NCBI GenBank assembly: GCA_004431415.1
Contig: QPMI01000482.1
Span: 434,001-498,000, forward strand
Direction: 5' to 3'
Length of the DNA stretch: 64,000 nucleotides
Source of the DNA: Cyanophora paradoxa CCMP329
Taxonomy: Eukaryota > Plantae > Glaucophyta
Under the pieces are notes generated by a model, which saw nothing but the letters and a program-made list of their open reading frames with translations, was not told the origin of the DNA and did not search any database. Shown piece by piece: positions 47,552 through 60,667 of the stretch (position 1 is the first letter of the stretch; each line of letters opens with the position of its first letter). The translations under genes and the position numbers were made by a program.

Positions 47552-49919
47552 ATGTCGGGGGCTCCAGCGGCGCCCGCCGCGCCGCCCGCGGGCGTGCCCT
47601 ACATCGGGTCGCGCATTTCGCTCATCAGCAAGTCCGAAATTCGGTACGAGGGCATCCTGTATACGATTGACAAGCAGGAGAGCACCGTCGCCCTCGCCAA
47701 TGGTGCGTCACGGTCTCATGCATCGATCGATCGGAACGCTTCGCCAGTCTCGCGACCCGTTGGCTGACCGCGCTGTGCCATCACCCAGTCCACTCGTTCG
47801 GCACGGAAGGCCGGCGGAAGGAGGGGCCCCAAGTCCCACCCTCGAACGATACGTATGACTACATCATCTTTCGGGGTTCGGATATCAAGGACCTGCACGT
47901 CTGCGAGGCCGCGCCAACACCGCCAGTTCCATCGGCTCTGCCGGCGAACGACCCGGCCATCATCAACGTTCGTGCACCTGCCACTTTGTCTTTGCTTTCA
48001 CCCAGTTCCACTTCTTCGTGCCGTCGGCGGCGCATTAGCATCTCGAACTGTCCATGTTGCCCACTCGTCGCTCGCGTCGCCACTTCCTGTTCCGTTTGCT
48101 GATCTCGCTCTTTGTCTTCCAGAATCCGCAGGCACAGCCAGGCCAACAGGGCGGCGCGCAGCAGCCGATGCCGCCTCCCTACAATGCGTTCGGACCCAAC
48201 CCGTATGGCGGAGGCATGATGCCACCGTATCCTGGATTCCCGCAGCCCGGTTTTCCGCCCTATCCTTTCATGGGCCCTCCCGGCTCGTACTTCCCTGGGC
48301 AGCCTGGTCCCTTCCCGCCACCGGGCGCTCCAGGCGCTCCGCCTCCTGGCGCACCCGGCGGTCCGCCCCCTGGGCAGCCTGGTGCTGGTGCTCCTCAGGG
48401 CCCTCCTTCGGGCCAGATGCCGCCCTCTTCCGGTGCTCAGCCGTCTGCTGGCGCCCCTCGGCCCGGCCCTCCCCAGCCCTCTGGTCCCGCTCCGGCCGGA
48501 GCTCGCCCGGGTCCCCCTCCCAATGCCCAGCAGCCTCCTCGCCCCGTCGGCGCGCCTCAGCCCGCTCCCCATGCCGGTCGCGGCGGTCCCCAGGCCCCGC
48601 AAGGCGCTCCGCAGCAGGCGGGCCGCGGCCGTGGCGGCCCCGGCCCGGCTCCTCAGCCGCAGCAGAACCAGAACCGCCCGCCCGCGAACTACGCTGCCGC
48701 CGTTGGCGGTGCGCTCCTGTCTGCCACCGTCGCGATCCGCAATGGTAGTTGACGGCATCGTGCGCAGGGGCGAAGCCGGCGCAACCCAGCGCTAACCCTC
48801 CTTTGATCCCCATTGGCGGTGCTCCTGGCGTTCTTCCGATCGGGTTCGCCGTCTTGCCCTTTCTCCGCGCTGTCCCTGTCTCCGCGCTGTCCCTTTCCTG
48901 AACTTCGCTCCCAGCAACGTTGTCGAGTACCAAGGGCAGGCCGGTGGTCGCGGTGGCTTCCGCGGTGGCCGCGGTGGAAACGGCGGTGCCCCGAACGGAG
49001 GGCGCGGCGGCCAGCAGGGCGGCCGCGGCGGTCCCATGGGCGGCGCCGGCGGCCGTGGCGGCGGCCCTCCGGGCGGTGGTGCGCCTCTTGCATCGCCCCG
49101 CGCCTCTTTTTTTGATTTGCCGCTCCACAGGCCGCGCGTTCGGCCCGGGCGGCGCCCCCGCCGTCCCGACCAAGCTGGAGGAGTTCAACTTCGAGGAGGC
49201 GAACGCCCGCTTCAAGAAGGACGAGCTCGGCGCCGAGATCCTCGTGCGCCCGCCCCGTTTTCTCTCTCCGGAAACGCGCGTGTGTCCGACGCGCCGTCTC
49301 TGCAGCACAAGCCGGTCGAGGAGGAGGTCCCCGAGGACGGCGGCGCCGAGGACGCCTCCAAGGTCCCCCGCCCTCGCTGCCCGGCCCCCGTCGTCCCGCC
49401 ACGCCGCCCAACCTCACCGCCGTCGCGCAGTCCAAGTCTTCCGTCGCGTACAACAAGAGCAAGTCGTTCTTCGACGAGATTTCGTGCGAGGCTCTCGAGC
49501 GCCAGCTCGACGCCGGCGGCCGGTGAGCAGGCTCCGACCTGGAGCGAGGGCCTCTCTATCTTTTTTGCGTTCCTGATCGTGTTCTGCGGGGGCAGTCCCA
49601 TGCGGCAGATGCAGGAGCAGCGCAAGATCGACCTGGAGACCTTCGGCTCCCTCTCCCTGGGCCGTGGTCGCGGCCGCGGCCGGTGCGCGGCGTTCTTTTG
49701 CTACGCTTTCGTTCCATTCTTCTTTTCTGAACAGGAGGTCAGGTACCACCACCGCGGCGGCCACCGCGGCGGCTACGGGCGGCCGCAGGGCGATCAGAAT
49801 CGCTCCGGCGGCGGCGGCCGCGGCGGCATGCCGGTTCGCGCTTCTTGCTTTTTCCTTTTCTTCCGCTTTTCTTACCTTCGTGTCCTTAGTCCGGCCCGGC
49901 GGCGGCGGCCAAGGCCTGA
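47552..49919 (+). CDS. LSM14: LSM14/Scd6/DCP5 P-body protein
   Basis: [46 protein letters not shown] (LSM14 domain), [12 protein letters not shown] (DFDF), SFFDEISC (FFD), DLETFG (TFG) and RGG repeats. Confidence 0.96.
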
Positions 49920-50525
49920 TGCGACTCTAATAGACCAGGACTGCAGAACATCTAATGCCCCTCTGTCTCGACCCACACTCTGTCCATATGCTGAAGATTA
50001 CCCTGGTCTGACGCCCCTTGTTTTTGCCGAGGGCCGCCCGATTGGCGTTGTCCGCGCCGAAGCCGTGCCCTTTCATTCGAAGTACAAGACGGCTAAGATT
50101 GCTACTAACGTTGCTATCAGCGATACGACCATAGATACGCCCGATAAAAAGTGCCAGAGTCGGGCTCCAATCCAAGTCACTGCAGCTGAGTGCCATATCT
50201 ACCACGACCGTCGGACTGCAGCTGCCAACTGTGAAGCTCAGGATCTGTGCGCTTGCAATTGCGTTCGAATTTCAATTGGAAGCAAGGCGGCCGTGAATTG
50301 CGAGCTCTAGAGATAGCCGGCAAAAGACAAGCGGCAAAGGCCATCGGCCGCCATCTCTGCAGCCATCAAATCCAGGGGGTACAACCGTTCGCGCTTCTGT
50401 AGCAGCAGCTCGCGCTCCATCAATCTCGCGGCGGCTTGGTCCAACGCAACAGCAGCGAGGTTGGAGGCGCAAGCTTGGCGTGTGGCGGCGGAAGCCAAGG
50501 GCGGAAGCCAAGCCAAGCCGAAGTC

Positions 50526-53310
50526 ATGCTGGAAATCGAAGGCAAGTCCTCTACGGCGTTCCTCTAGACTATTCCCTTTCTTTCGCAGCCCCGCTTGAGC
50601 TCTGACGCGACTCTGTCCATTCCCAATCTGGATCCGTAGGAGAGCTGCCCACGGTCCGTTCTTGCCAGGCTCCTGCGCATTGGCCTATTTGCTAACGCTG
50701 TTTCTTCTTCCTACAGTTCGATCCCAATCAGCGGATCAACGTGCTGGTCGTTGACGACCAAGGTGTGCCTGCCCTCATTCGCCGCTTTCCTGCCGCCACT
50801 CTTCTCTGCTAACCTGCCGGCTCACACAGGCGTTGACCGCGTACGTCCCTGCGCCCCCCGCCAGTCCCCCCGCGAGCACGAGTCGGGCGGCGATTGAGGA
50901 AGCTCCCTAAGCTCACGAGGCCGCCGACGCAGATGATTGTGGAGAACTTGCTACGAAAGTGCAACTGTCAATGCAAAGGTCTTCGCCGCCCCGCCTGCGG
51001 CGCGCTAGCCCGGGGCCCTTGTGACGTCCGATTACGTAGTGACGCTCGCTGAGAGCGGGCGGAGAGCGCTGGAGATCCTGGATGATGCCAGTAACAAGTT
51101 CGAGCTCATCTTGTCAGACGTCCAAATGCCAGGCCAGGTGGGCGGCTGGGAACTTTTGGAGTCCATCAAGAAGAGCGCCGCGCACCGAAACATCCCCGTC
51201 GTCAGTGCGCAGCACTTCTTTTTCGTGATATGAGCATTTCGCGAAGCGGCGCGCTGACCCTGCCGCCGCAGTGATGTCTGCCAACGACAGCGTTGAAGCG
51301 AAGGAGAAGTTCTTGCGTGCAGGCGCAGAGGAGTACGTGGCCAAGCCGATTCGCATGGATAGGATGCAGAAGCTCCTGTACCGTGTCTGGAAGAACCGCG
51401 AAAGGCAATCCGTGGTTGTCGACACGAAGAGCACCACCCCTGCGAACCGTTCGTTCTTTGCTTAGCCACACGCCCCCGCGCTCCTCTTTTGAGCTGACGT
51501 GCGCTATCAGAGGCGGCAGGAAGCGGCGCTGCGGCAGCTGTGCCTGAGGGTCCCGGGCCGATCCAGGTCCTGGTCGTGGACGATGAGAAGGTCGATCGGC
51601 TTGTAGTGGAGAAGCTCCTGAACAAGTGCTCGATGCCGGCGAAGGGTTCGCCGCGCTCGCTCGCGCTCGCGCGCGACGCGTCTCACGCCTCCCCGCGCAG
51701 TGACGCTCGCCAAGAACGGGCACCAGGCGCTCGAGCTGCTGAACGAAGGCAGCATCAAGTTCGATCTCGTGAGCTCGTGCTGCTCCGCCTCGCCGGCGCG
51801 TGCGCGAGCGCCCGGGGCGGGGGCTCACCGCGCCGCAGGTCCTCTCCGACGTCGTGATGCCGGGCCAGTTCGACGGCTTCGAGCTGCTGCAGGCGATCAA
51901 GCGCTCCGCCCAGCTCAAGGACATCCCCGTCATCAGTGCGACGCTGCGCCACCGCCCTCGCCCCCGCCTCGGCCGACGGGAGCGCGCGGCGCGGCGCAGT
52001 GATGTCGGCGAACGACGGGCAGGGCGTCTCCGACATGTTCGTCAACGCGGGCGCCTCGGACTACCTGCCGAAGCCGCTGCGCATGGGCCAGGTGGAGGAG
52101 GTGCTCTCCCGGTTCTACTACCAGAAGGGCGGCAAGGTTGCGGCGGCGCCCCAGAAGGACGAGAAGGCGGAGGCGGTCGCCTCGGCCATCCCCCAGAAGC
52201 CCAACATCGTCCCCGACCCCAGTGCGCCCCGCGCCCCGCGCCCCGCGCCCTCGCCCTCGCCGGGGCGGCCGCCGAGCCGGGGGCGCAGCCAAGGCGATCG
52301 GGGAGTACAACCTCAAGTCGACGATCTGCGAGGGGGCGTTCGGCAAGGTGAAGCTCGCGGTGCACGCCCCGACGGGAAAGATGGTTGCCATCAAGATCAT
52401 CAAGATGGACATGATCACCGACGCGAGCGCCAAGGAGCGCACGCTCCGCGAGATCGAGGTCATGCGGAGCCTGAACCACGACAACATCATCAAGCTCATC
52501 GACGTGATCGAGGACACGCGCACCAACACCAGCTACGTCGTCATGGAGTACTATCCGGGTGCGCTCCCGCCCCGCCCCCCTCCTTTCCTCCCTTCCTCTT
52601 TCTGAGGCGGGGCGGGGCGCAGGCGGGGACCTCTTCAACTACATCCGGGAGCACCAGCGGGCGCCGGAGGAGCGGGCGTGCCGGATGTTCCGCCAGCTCA
52701 TCTCCGCCGTCGAGTACATCCACTCCCGCGGTCCCCGCCCGCCCCCCTCGCCCCCGCCCCCGCGGGAGGCCGACGCGGGGGCGCAGGGATCGTGCACAGG
52801 GACCTGAAGCCGGAGAACATCCTGCTGGACGCCGACGAGAACCTCAAGCTCATCGACTTCGGCATGTCCGTGCAGGTCAAGCCCAAGGACATGCTCAAGA
52901 CCGTCTGCGGCACCCCCGAGTTCTTCGCCCCCGAGATCATCTGGGGCGGCGAGTACTCCGGGCCCCCCGCCGACATCTGGTCCGCCGGCGTCATCCTGTG
53001 CGTGCCCCCTCCGAAGAAGAAGCAGCGCCCGCTGCCGCGCGTCGCGCACCGCCGCGCTCACGACGCGCCCCCGCGGCAGGTTCGAGCTCGTGTGCGGGTA
53101 CAACCCCTTCGCCTTCTCCAACGTCTCTGTCGTCTTCTCGCGCATCCTCGCCGGCAAGTACAAGGTCCCCGACTTCGTCTCCCCGGGTCCGCCCCCTCGC
53201 CTCTCTCCCCTCGCTCGCCCTCTGAGCTCGCGCCCGCAGAGTGCGCGTCGCTCATAGTCGAGCCTGGAGAGGGCCTCCCGGATGGAGCCCAGCTTAGGCT
53301 CGTGTCTTAG
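50526..53310 (+). CDS. Two tandem receiver (REC) domains fused to a SNF1/MARK-like Ser/Thr kinase; kinase C-terminus apparently missing
   Basis: REC1: [39 protein letters not shown]2: [35 protein letters not shown]. Kinase: [48 protein letters not shown]. Confidence 0.88.
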
Positions 53311-54250
53311 TGAGATATCGTAGAACCCGTAACCAGGAACTGTATCTCCTTTATGCAAAATACGCGCTATTCGGAGACGGGAGAGCTGCTGCGGGGCTTC
53401 TGCGGCCGCTGAACTTCGGAACTTCACGGCAAAACTTGAAATCAATGTACCGTAGTACATGTCGAAGCCTTGAAGAAGAAGCAGTGGCCGCTGCCGACTC
53501 GTCGACTCGCGATCGGGGAATTCTCGTGCAGGCTGCATGCACGTGCACACGCCGCGGGGCATGCATGTCACAGTGTGTATACGTATGCATAGTGACGTCG
53601 ACATTTTCGGCATGCTGCGGCCCGGCGGCCGGGGACCGGCCGCGGGGCCGGGTGCAGTCGCTGAGTGCCGGCGCCGGCCGCGGCAGCACGCGCACCGTAC
53701 GCGTGGCACGCCGGCGCCGTGCGGATCCGGACGCGTACGTATACAGGTATTCATCTTCGATGGTAAATAGATTGCAAAATTGAAATTATCTGTGTAGATT
53801 ATCACACTATAGCGCATATAGCTAGCACCCAATAAAAAGCGATACGCATATTGTTCGATGAATATACGTATACATATTTTCAAGTCCAGATGCGTCGACT
53901 TCGAGCAAAGCAAATTAAAGACTGTTCAAGGGGAAATGAGAAACACTCCGTCGGATGTGGGTCTTTGGTTAAAACGTTCCGGGATCTGCAAGTGACTACA
54001 ATAATTTCACTAGTACTATTTGAAATGGCATAAGTAGTCTGCAGCTACAGTAAAACGTGCTCCCCATGCGAGGTTACAAGAAGTCCAAGCGGGGGAGAGA
54101 ATTCGAAGTGGGGGGGAAGGTAGCATAGGGGAGCGAAGAACCGAATTAAGGCGGGGAAATCGGTCGCATCGAGGAGTGAAATTTTGAAGGGGTGCGGAGA
54201 AAGTCGTGTAATTATAGTATGTACGAATATCCCGAACAGGTATACGTATG

Positions 54251-55148
54251 CTACCGAATAAGGGCGAAAGATCCGCTCATGAAGCTCCCAATCACGCCGT
54301 CGGCCGCGGCTGCGCATGCGAAAGCGGCTGTCAGTCGGAGAGTTGCAAGCCGAACCCCGGGGGGCGTCAGACGCGAACGGGAGCTCACCCGGGGGCACGC
54401 CGTGCAGGGCGCACAGGGACGGGGAGGCCGAGCAGGTGCAGGGGGCGAGGGCCGCGTGCGCCGGGGCGGCGGGTGCGGCGGCCGGCAGGGCGATGGGGGG
54501 CACGCCGGGGGCCTGCAGGGCGCCGGCGGTGGGGGAGATGTGGGGCGAGGGGGAGCGCGAGGTGAGGGGCGAGGGGGAGAGGAGCCCTTCGATGGAGGAG
54601 GAGCCCGGGGTGGCCCGCCGCCCCGCCATCGGGAGGCTGAAGATCGGCGGCGACAGCGGCGACGGCGCGCTCGAGAGCCCCGGGCTCACCTCCGGCCCCG
54701 GCACCGGCGCCGCCGCCGCGTGCGCCGACTCCGCCAGCGGCGGGGCCCACAGGCGGGCCACCGGGGAGTGGGCGCCCCGCAGGAGGGGCCGGATGCGGTT
54801 GGCCGAGCAGAGGAAGCAGAGCTCGACCTGAGCGCCGGCCGCGCCAGCGGAGAGGTTCGCCGTGGGGACGGCGGCCCCGTGGGCGCAGTCGGGGCCGTGC
54901 TGCAGGGGGCTCTTGAGGGAGAGGCGCGCCGCCGAGTGCCGGATGAGCGAGGCCGCGATCTTCTCCGCGCGCGAGCGCTCGGCCTTGCCGATGGACGCCC
55001 GCGGAGAGAGCGACAGGGAGCCGCGGGCGGTCGAGCGCGAGCTCGGGCCGGGCGCTGGCGCCGCTGCCGCCGCCTTCTCGGGCCGCCCGCAGCGGCCGCG
55101 GTGCTTCGCGCCGTCCATGGAACTCGATCGTCGTCTATCACCCTCCAT
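54251..55148 (-). CDS. Uncharacterised Ser/Pro-rich protein
   Basis: Long exon with GC-rich codon bias from MEGDRRRSSSMDG, then a GTGAGC..GCAG intron and a short last exon ending SFALIR*; small Cys clusters (CFLC, CTC..CALH). Confidence 0.55.
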
Positions 55149-56175
55149 AGACGGCAACAACAGTAGCGCAGGCAATACCGGCTGCGCGGCTCGCCAGTCA
55201 GCGGGAGCCGTTTTTAGGCGCTCGGCTGGCCCCGTAGCCTCTCGGGCACACGCACCAGCGGTATGCGCAGGCTAGGGAAAGCTAAGTGGTTCTCCAGCGC
55301 AAGTGGTTGGAATTGGCGACGGACTAAGGAAGGGGAACTCGCTCCTGTAATCGATTTCGAGAGGAATCTGGACGCGTACAACCACTTCAGGCGTCTTGTA
55401 TCTTTCCGCAGAATGCAAGGATCTTTCTGCGCTTGCCGGCCGGCGCCGAGGTGCACACCGCGCTGGATCTAGATATCGGTATCGCGCGCGCGCTGCTCGC
55501 CGCAGACTGCAGCTCACTTAGGCCTGGTGTGATGGGATCGCAACGCGCTCGCTGTACTTGTGGCCCAAGTTGTGGGCTATCCGTACGGGCTCTAGCGCGG
55601 TGACCGCGCGGCTTAGCGCAGGCGCGCTTGCTTGGAAGCGCTGTACCCGTCCAGCAGACTTGGCTGACACGAGGCCCAGCATGCGCGGCCCCGAAGCTAG
55701 CGCTGTCTCGATCGCGAACGAGCCAGCGTTCGATTCCCGCCGGCGCCAGGCCGCTCAAGCGCGCCGCAAATTGAGAGCGCTGCGGCGCGCGGATCGAGCT
55801 CGAGCTCGAGCACCATGCGCTGCTTGATGCGCGAGCGCACCAAGTTAACAGCCCTGCAACTGCTAAGATCTAGAGCTCGAGCCCTGCGTAGCTAAGGTAG
55901 CTATAGCTAGCTATGTAGGCTGTCAGCTGCAGGCTGCGTTAGCGTTCGAATTCGCTCGCCGCGAATCGAACAGCGTCACTCCTAGTGCAGCTGCCGCGCG
56001 CGGCCGGCGCTCGCCGCGGCGCCGGCGCTGTCGGCGGGGCGGCGCCGGCCGCGGGGGCGTCGACGTCCCGCTGAGCGCGGCCGTGCGCATCTTAACTAAA
56101 CATGCACACACAATTGCAAGACTGCATGAACTACGATGCGCGAGCTCGAGGAGATCCAGAGCTGCGCACGCGCAT

Positions 56176-59100
56176 CTAGATCTGAACTGGGAGGTCTAGA
56201 GCTTCGGGAGGTTCGCGATAGTTCTTCAGGGCCCACGCCTTCGCCTTGCCCCTGTGCGTCTCGTACAAGAGCGGGAGCGTGATCTGGACGCGCGTCAGCG
56301 AGCGGGATCCGGAGTCGCCTCGTGGGACGCGCGGGGCGGCGCCGCACGCGCACCGGAACGTAGTCGTCGGCCCAGTACTCTTCCCCGTAGTCGAGCAGGA
56401 GCTGCGCCCTCGCTGGTCAGGCCTGGTTTGCGGCCCCGGGCCCTGGAATCCGATGGGCGCACCTGCTCGCCCTCCTCGATGTCCCGAGTGGCGAGGAACC
56501 TGCAGGGGGGCCGGCGCTCAAGGGAAGGAGAGGGGGGTGTTCGAAGAAGAGGCGCGCGCGCACACGATGAGGGGCCAGCGGTCGTGGAGGACCTCCACCG
56601 GCTCCACGTTCGCCTCTCTGCGGGGGCATCACCGCGCTGCGCAGGAGCGGGCGCCCGAGGCGGCCGGGCGAGGGCCGCCGCTGCGGCCGCACCGCTTCTT
56701 CTGGGAGCGCCTGCCGCGCAGAAGAAATCAAAGCCGTCAGCGCGAGGGCTGGGGGACTGGAAGGCACCCGGGGAGGCGGGGGGGCGGGGGGGAGGGGGGG
56801 TGGAGGGGGGGAGGGGGGGGGAGCGGAGGGGGTGGGATGGGGCGGTAGGGGGGCCACCTGGAGCGGGGGTCGTTGATGAGTGCGAGCAGGCCGCGCTCCT
56901 CGTACCCGTCGAACCAGAGCTTAGCCCGGGAAGCGCCCCCGCCCGCCGCTGCCGGCCGGCCGGCCGCGCGGCCCCCGCGGATGCGGTTCGGTCGCTTCCC
57001 CTGCTTCGCTTCTGCCTTCGCGGCGCTGATTCCCACGTCGAAGGCGTACCTGGCGCGGGCCGCCCGTCAACGGGGCGCGCAGGCGCGCGAGGGCCTGCGC
57101 GGGGGCGGGCGGCGCGGGGCGCGCCTGGCCTGCTTGTGGCGCCTGAGGGCCTCCTCGTGGTCGCAGTCCTCCTCGTCGCGCTCCAGCCCGCCCAGCCTGC
57201 CCTCCGCCCCTCAGGGAGGGAGTGCGCGGCAGCCGCCGGGCCGCGCCGGGCCGCGCCCCTCACCTCAGCACCCCCGCGTAGAGTCCGATGACTTCCCCCG
57301 CCCGGATGCTGACGCGGCCGCGGGAGCCCGGGGGCGCCCTCCTGGCGAAGAGGCCAAAGCTCGCCTGAAGGGGGTCGTAGGCCGGGTCCAGCGTGTCCCG
57401 TATGCGCCCGATCTGAGGCGAGGGCCGCCCGGTGAGCCGCCGCGGGGCGCCGCAGGGAGGGGCTCGGGGGGGCACCAGGATCTGGGCGTGCTCCGCGAAC
57501 CCCCGCCGCTTGAACGCCCTGTGCGGCGCTCAGGCGCCGGCCGGCGAGCTCGGGCCCGGGCGGAGCGCTCACTTGAGGGCTTCCTCGAGGGACGCGCGCG
57601 ATTCGTGGCCGATGTCGCGCAGGAACTGCCCCGCCCCCCAGGCCCCGTCAGGCGCGGGCCGGCCCGGCCCGGAGGGCCCCGCGCGCCGGCGCGCGCACGG
57701 CGGCGTCCAGCGGGCGGCACCAGAAGGCGGCGGGCGGGGGCCGGGGCGGCCCCTCGCCGCCTCGGCCGCGTCGAGCTCGGCCAGCCGCCTCTGCACCTCC
57801 CTCTCGACGGCCTCCGCCTTCCCCGCCTCCGCCCGCATCTGCCGCCGCGTCGGCCGGGCGAGGGCGCGCGGGCGGCAGGCTCGGCCGGCGCCGGAGGCGC
57901 ACGCACCCTCCAGCTCGCGGGTCCCACTTTGAGGGGCCTCAGCGCGACCTGCGACAGCTCGGCGCCCACGCCCCGCGCGGCCGCCGCCACGACCGCGTCC
58001 CAGCCGCACGGCTCGAACGGGGCGCCGGGGGCGTCGCCCTGGGACCAGCCGAGGACCTCGGGGTCGACGAGGTGGCGCCGGGCGAGGGCGCGGTGCCACC
58101 AGGCGGGGCGCTCCTGCCCCTGCCCCGGCCGCCCGCGGGACGCCGAGGCGGGGGACGAGGAGGAGCGCGAGGAGGAGGAGGAGGCGGACCCCCGGGAGGA
58201 GGCGGCGGCGGCGGCGGCGGATTCGCCGCCCTGGGCGCCTGCCCCGTGGTGGCGTGGGGCCCGGGCTGCTGCATGTCCGCCGGCCGGCTGGGGCGCTCGG
58301 CCGGCTTGGCGGGGCGGCGCCGCGGAGGCGGGCTCGCCTCGGGGGAGGACGAGGGGGCCTTCCGAGGGGCTCGGGGAGGGCGAGCTCCCCGCCCGCCGCC
58401 GCCGCCGCCGCTTCGTCTCGCGGTAGTCGACGCCCCTCGCGTCCTCCCGCTTCCAGCGCGCCCCCGCCGGTGCCTCGGGAGCGGCCGGCGGCCGCGCCGG
58501 CCTCCGCTGTGGGGCGGGAGACTCCGCCGCGGCGGGGCCGGGCCGCGAGGGCGAGGCCGGAGCCGATGGGCCAGAGACGGGGAGAGCGGTCGGGAGGGAA
58601 GAAGGCCCAGGGGAAGGTCCGGAGGGGGGCGGGGGGCTGGCCCTGGGCCTGGCGAGCCCGGGGGCGCCGCCGGGGGCGCCCGCCCGGGACGAAGATTCGG
58701 GCGGAAGAGGGAGGAGATGAGACGGCCGAGCAGGCGCGGGAGGAGGGGCGGGCGCAGCCGGAGCGGGCGGCTCGGAGGGGCTCGACGCGGAGGCCGGAGC
58801 GGGCTCCAGCGCGGGAAGGGCAGGGGCGGCGGGGGCGGCTGGGCGGCGCCGGGGCGCTCCTCGCGCGGCCCCTGCGGCGCTTGGCGGGGCCCCCGACTCG
58901 AGAGGGGCCGGCGGGCCGGCGCCTGGGACGCGGGGAGGCTGGCCCGGAGGCCCGGCACCCAGAACGCGGCGAGGGAGCCGGCGGCTGGGGCGGGGGCCGA
59001 GGGTCGGGGCGGCCTCGGCGGGGCGACGCGGCGGGGCCGGGGCGGGCCCGCCCGCCCTCCTCCTCCCCGTCCTCGCCGATCTCGACCACCTCGACGCCGG

Positions 59101-60667
59101 GCGGCGGCGGGGCGCGGGGCGTGCGGCAGGCCGCGGGCGGCGGCGCGGTGGGCGGAGAGGCGTCGGACGAGGCCTCCTGCGCGGCGATCATGCGCCGCGC
59201 GAGCTCCAGCGGCGTCTCGAAGACGGGGAGGGGGTCCCCCGCCCGCCGCCGCCGGCGCCGGCGCCGGCGCCGGCGCCCTCGAGGTCGGGGGCCCGCGAGC
59301 GCAGCGCGGGGTCCGCGCCGGCCTCCAGCAGCGCCTCCACCGCCTCCCCCGCCCCAGATACACCGCCCTGCGGGACGCGCGCCGCCCCGGCCCCGCCTGG
59401 CTCGGTCCGGGGTGCCGGCTCGAGAGCGGGCGGGCGCGCGGGCGGGGGCGCACAGGCCGAGGGGCCGGAGGAAGGGCGGCCCGGGGAGCTCCGTGTTGAC
59501 GGCCCTGGCGCGGCAGGGCCGCAGGAAGAGCCCGCCGTCCCACACGTCCCTCCTCTGCGGGCGGCGCTGCCGTCAGAGGGCGGGCCGGACGGAGGCGGGG
59601 GGACGGCGCCTGCCTCGGCCTCGGGCTCGGCGTTGAGGCGGCCGTCCTTCAGAACGCGCCTGCCGCCGCGGTGCCTCAGCGCGGGCGGCCCCGGAGCGAG
59701 GCGGCGAGGGGCGGGGCGGACTCCCTGTAGGCGCGGAGCTGGGTCTCGTCGACGCCGCCCTCGGGGTCGCAGAAGCCGAGGCTCCGCAGCACGTCCGCCC
59801 GCGTCCCCTCCGCCACCGCCCGCTGGTACGGCAGCAGTTCCCCCAGCCCCGCCACCGGCGGCTGCCCCCCGGGGCCGTGCGTCAGCGGCGGGCGGGCGGG
59901 CGGGCGCGGCGGAGGGCGGGGCGCACGCAGCGGGCGAGCCGGTCGCCGGCGGGAATGCGCCCCTTCCACTTGGCCTTGGGCCCCGGGGCGCCCGCCAGCG
60001 CCGCCTCCGCCCGCCGCAGCGCCGCCAGCGCCTGCCGTGCGAGCTCCAGCACGCTCTCGTCGGCCCGCGCGCCATTAAACTGCCGCCCCGCCGGTCGGTC
60101 GGTCAGCGGGGCGGCGCGGGGCGGGGGGCGGGCTCGCCAGGAGGAGGCGGGCGGCGAGCGGGTCGGCCCTGGAGGCGGCGAGGTGGAGCGCCGTCCTCCC
60201 GGTCCTGTCCGCCGCGGCGAGGTCCGCCGGCGAGCAGCCTCGCAACAGAGCGCGCAGGGCGTGGCGGGCGGGGTCGTGGGGCCGGGCGGCGACGGCGTGG
60301 TGCAGGGCGGTGCGGCCCTCGGCGTCGGGCAGGCCCCGCGAGGCGCCCCGCTCCAGCAGCGCCCGCACCGCCCCCGCCTTCCCGCACGACGCCGCCGCCC
60401 GCACCGCCGCCCCCGTGCCCCCGCAGTCCGCGTCCGCCCCCGCCTCCAGCTTCGCGCTGCGCGCCGGCCGCGCGGTTAGCGTCGCGGCGGCGGTAGGGTC
60501 CGGAGGCGGCGCGGACTGGCGCGCCAGACGTCTTCGATTGCTCCCGTGCGGCAGGCCTTGACGAGCTCACTCTCGAGGTCCGCGCCCCCGAGCGCGGCGG
60601 CCGGCGGCGGCGCGGCGCCCCCGATCCAGCCCGCGTGGTTCCCCAGCGCAACGAGCGCCATTTCCAT
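56176..60667 (-). CDS. Ankyrin-repeat plus atypical SET-domain protein (paralog A)
   Basis: ANK: GRTALHHAV, GRTALHLAA, LLEAGAD. SET: FGLFARR..IRAGEVIGLYAGVL, LLALINDPR, EANVEPVEV, FLATRDIEEGEQLLLDYGEEYW. Confidence 0.85.
57341..57656. repeat. Near-identical segment shared by the SET paralogs (copy A)
   Basis: Aligns with 62548-62861 with scattered mismatches only, including two introns. Confidence 0.9.
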
